Positions 61,447 through 64,000 of a stretch of 64,000 nucleotides of DNA are shown one piece after another. The position numbers were made by a program, and so were the translations under genes. The DNA is from Mobula hypostoma (taxonomy: Eukaryota). The stretch's first letter is position 1. Every line of letters starts with the position of its first letter. Location of the stretch: assembly GCF_963921235.1 (NCBI RefSeq), contig NC_086097.1:187056001-187120000 (forward strand). The letters are read 5' to 3'. The notes under the pieces were generated by a model that worked only from the letters and a program-made list of their open reading frames with translations, ran no database searches and was not told the DNA's origin.

Positions 61447-62470
61447 CCACCCCACCAGCCTCCGGGTCCAACATATTATTCTCCATAACTTCCGCCACCT
61501 CCAACGGGATCCCACCACTAAGCACATCTTTACCTCCCCCCATCTCTCTGCATTCTGCAGGGATCGCTCCCTACGCAACTCCCTTGTCCATTCGTCCCCC
61601 CCTCCCTCCCCACTGATCTCCCTCCTGGCACTTATCCATGTAAGCGGAACAAGTGCTACACATGCCCTTACACTTCCTCCCTTACCACCATTCAGGGCCC
61701 CAAACAGTCCTTCCAGGTGAGGCAACACTTCACCTGTGAGTCGACTGGGGTAATATACTGCGTCCGGTGCTCCCGATGTGGCCTTTTATATATTGGCGAG
61801 ACCCGACGCAGACTGGGAGACCGCTTTGCTGAACATCCACGCTCTGTCCGCCAGAGAAAGCAGGATCTCCCAGTGGCCACACATTTTAATTCCACATCCC
61901 ATTCCCATTCTGACATGTCTATCCACGGCCTCCTCTACTGTAAAGATGAAGCCACACTCAGGTTGGAGGAACAACACCTTATATTCCGTCTGGGTAGCCT
62001 CCAACCTGATGGCATGAACATCGACTTCTCTAACTTCCGCTAATGCCCCACCTCCCCCTCGTACCCCATCTGTTACTTATTTTTATACACACATTCTTTC
62101 TCTCACTCTCCTTTTTTCCCTCTGTCCCTCTGAATATACCCCTTGCCCATCCTCTGGGTCCCCCCCCACCTCCTTGTCTTTCTTCCCAGACCTCCTGCCC
62201 CATGATCCTCTCATATCCCTTTTGCCTATCACCTGTCCAGCTCTTGGCTCCATCTCTCCCCCTCCTGTCTTCTCCTATCATTTTGGATCTCCCCCTCCCC
62301 CTCCAACTTTCAAATTCCTTACTCACTCTTCCTTCAATTAGTCCTGACGAAGGGTCTCGGCCTGAAACGTCGACTGCACCTCTTCCTAGAGATGCTGCCT
62401 GGCCTGCTGCGTTCACCAGCAACTTTTATGTGTGTTGCTTGAATTTCCAGCATCTGCAGAATTCCTGTTG
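61447..62470 (+). mobile_element. 5'-truncated PLE (GIY-YIG end plus terminal repeat)
   Basis: ORF 61717-62043 is nearly identical to the C-terminus of 57027-58650. 10-bp TSD tttgaaatga at 61437-61446 and 62471-62480. Confidence 0.95.
62340..62375 (+). ncRNA. Minimal type I hammerhead ribozyme in PLE terminal repeat
   Basis: Identical 36-mer to 58968-59003. Confidence 0.85.
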
Positions 62471-63469
62471 TTTGAAATGATCTGTTTGGATGGCAAGCAA
62501 AAGTGTTTCAAAGTCATAGAAAGGGTAAATAATAAGAGACGGTATGATATAGTGTTAACAGTTACAGTGAAAATGTGTACAAGGGCTATGATGAGGTAGA
62601 TTGTGAAGTCAAGAGTTCTTCTTTAACAAGCGGAAGGCGTGTTCCATGGTTTGATAATAGGGGACAAAAGCTGTCCTCGAGCCTGCTAATTTGTGTTTTC
62701 AAGCTGTTGTGTCTGATGGGAACAATCTTTGCTGATGCTGGCTGCTTTCTTGAGGCAGTGGGAAGTGTAGACAGACTCCATGGAGTGGAGACTGGGTTTC
62801 ATGATGGATTGAATTGTGTCTACAACTTTGCAATTTCTTGCAGTGTTTGGCAGAGCAGTTGCTATACCGTGCTTAGATCACAAGGCTGTGAACAGTAGCT
62901 TACACTATGCTTTTATGTGTTCTTTGTTCATGGGCTTATGGTTCTCGGATCCACCTCAAATGCTGTTTCTTAATTTTGAATGTTTGTTGTGCAGAATTTC
63001 CCACAATCCAAAAGGGAGGTTACATGTTTTTCCAAGGGGGTTTTAATAAAGGCTTTGAACCATTTCCTCTTTTCTCCTGGTAATTTCTTATCATGCCATT
63101 TTGGGGAAATCTAATGTAAGGCATGTAAATGATACAACCTGCTAATGAAGTATACTTGCTACTTCACCAGCTGACCTGGGAGAACATACCGACGTTGGTT
63201 CAGATATGCTCCCAGTATATTTGGATGATTTTGCACAGGCAGCATTAGTGGGGTTCCAGTCTAGTGGAGTGCCAGAAAAAGATGGTTGTCCCAGGAATAA
63301 TCACCAGGGGTTAATTTGATTAAGCATAATTAGTTATTCTCCTGAGTGTAATGTAAAACCTCTGACAATGTAATGTAGCTAGCCCGCCACTGTGTGGTGA
63401 AAGAATATACTACAAGTTAAAGACTTCACCATTGCATTTCTATTGCTGCCTTCTTATCTTGGGATTCTG

Positions 63470-64000
63470 GTCTAAAATTAAACAGTATATCCAGGAAAAG
63501 TTTAGTAGATCCAGCAGCATTTGTGGAAAGAGAAATCATTGTCATACCAGATCCAGAACTGAGGAAGTTAGTCTAAGTATTGGAAAAGGTGAGGGAGGGT
63601 GATGGTAAAACAAAGAAAAATTCTGTGTTGGGGTGAAATAATGCACCAGTCTTCTTTGTGTAATACATGATATGCTCAGCAGATCATATAAAATGACAAA
63701 AAAGGGGGGAGGGGTTGGTGGGATACAAAAAAATGGCAGGTAATATTGGCAGGTAATATAAGCAAAAAAAAAGTGAGCTGCGTAGACTTGGAGATTTTGA
63801 TGTTGGGACCTCCAAGTTACAATAGTCCAGAAGGAATTGAGGTGCTTGCATTGGGCCTCATTGTAATAATGCAGGAGTGTAGGAAGCCACAGACGGGAAG
63901 GTCTGAGTGGGAGTGAGATGGTGAATAAAAGTGACAAGCGACCGGAAGCTTGAGCGAACTCCTGCAGTCTGAGTGCAGATACTACACAAAGAGAACGCAT
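63470..64000 (-). mobile_element. Old PLE-like 3' remnant running off the window end
   Basis: cagcagcatttgtggaaagagaa terminus. cttgcattgggcctcattgtaata...aggaagccacagac resembles the decayed GIY-YIG tail. Confidence 0.45.

Overview
Eukaryotic, repeat-dominated vertebrate DNA. The CR1/Penelope/Rex1/V-SINE repertoire suggests a cartilaginous fish, probably a ray (inference). The only host gene I can support is the first coding exon of a RIPK2 orthologue on the minus strand (36805-37037). Immediately upstream are CpG-enriched promoter sequence and kB-, GAS- and ETS-like motifs. I found no exon 2, so 1-36804 appears to be a >36.8 kb first intron. Almost every other ORF in the track is a retroelement fragment: many nested CR1 LINEs, Penelope-like elements (PLE; RT + GIY-YIG), Rex1/Babar, L1, L2, RTE, Nimb/I-like, Vingi/Ingi-like, a Gypsy provirus, a solo LTR and SINEs. 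Most notable: (1) a CPEB3/HDV-fold ribozyme candidate at the inferred 5' end of a Vingi-like LINE (54005-54066, minus); (2) minimal hammerhead ribozymes in PLE terminal repeats, plus TSD-flanked mini-insertions, mostly fold-backs, whose turnaround points cluster at the hammerhead; (3) a twin-priming-type inversion in an RTE; (4) a candidate 3' transduction with a second, inverted, TSD-flanked copy of its tail. Family assignments rest on recalled motifs, not database searches, and repeat boundaries are approximate unless a TSD is quoted.
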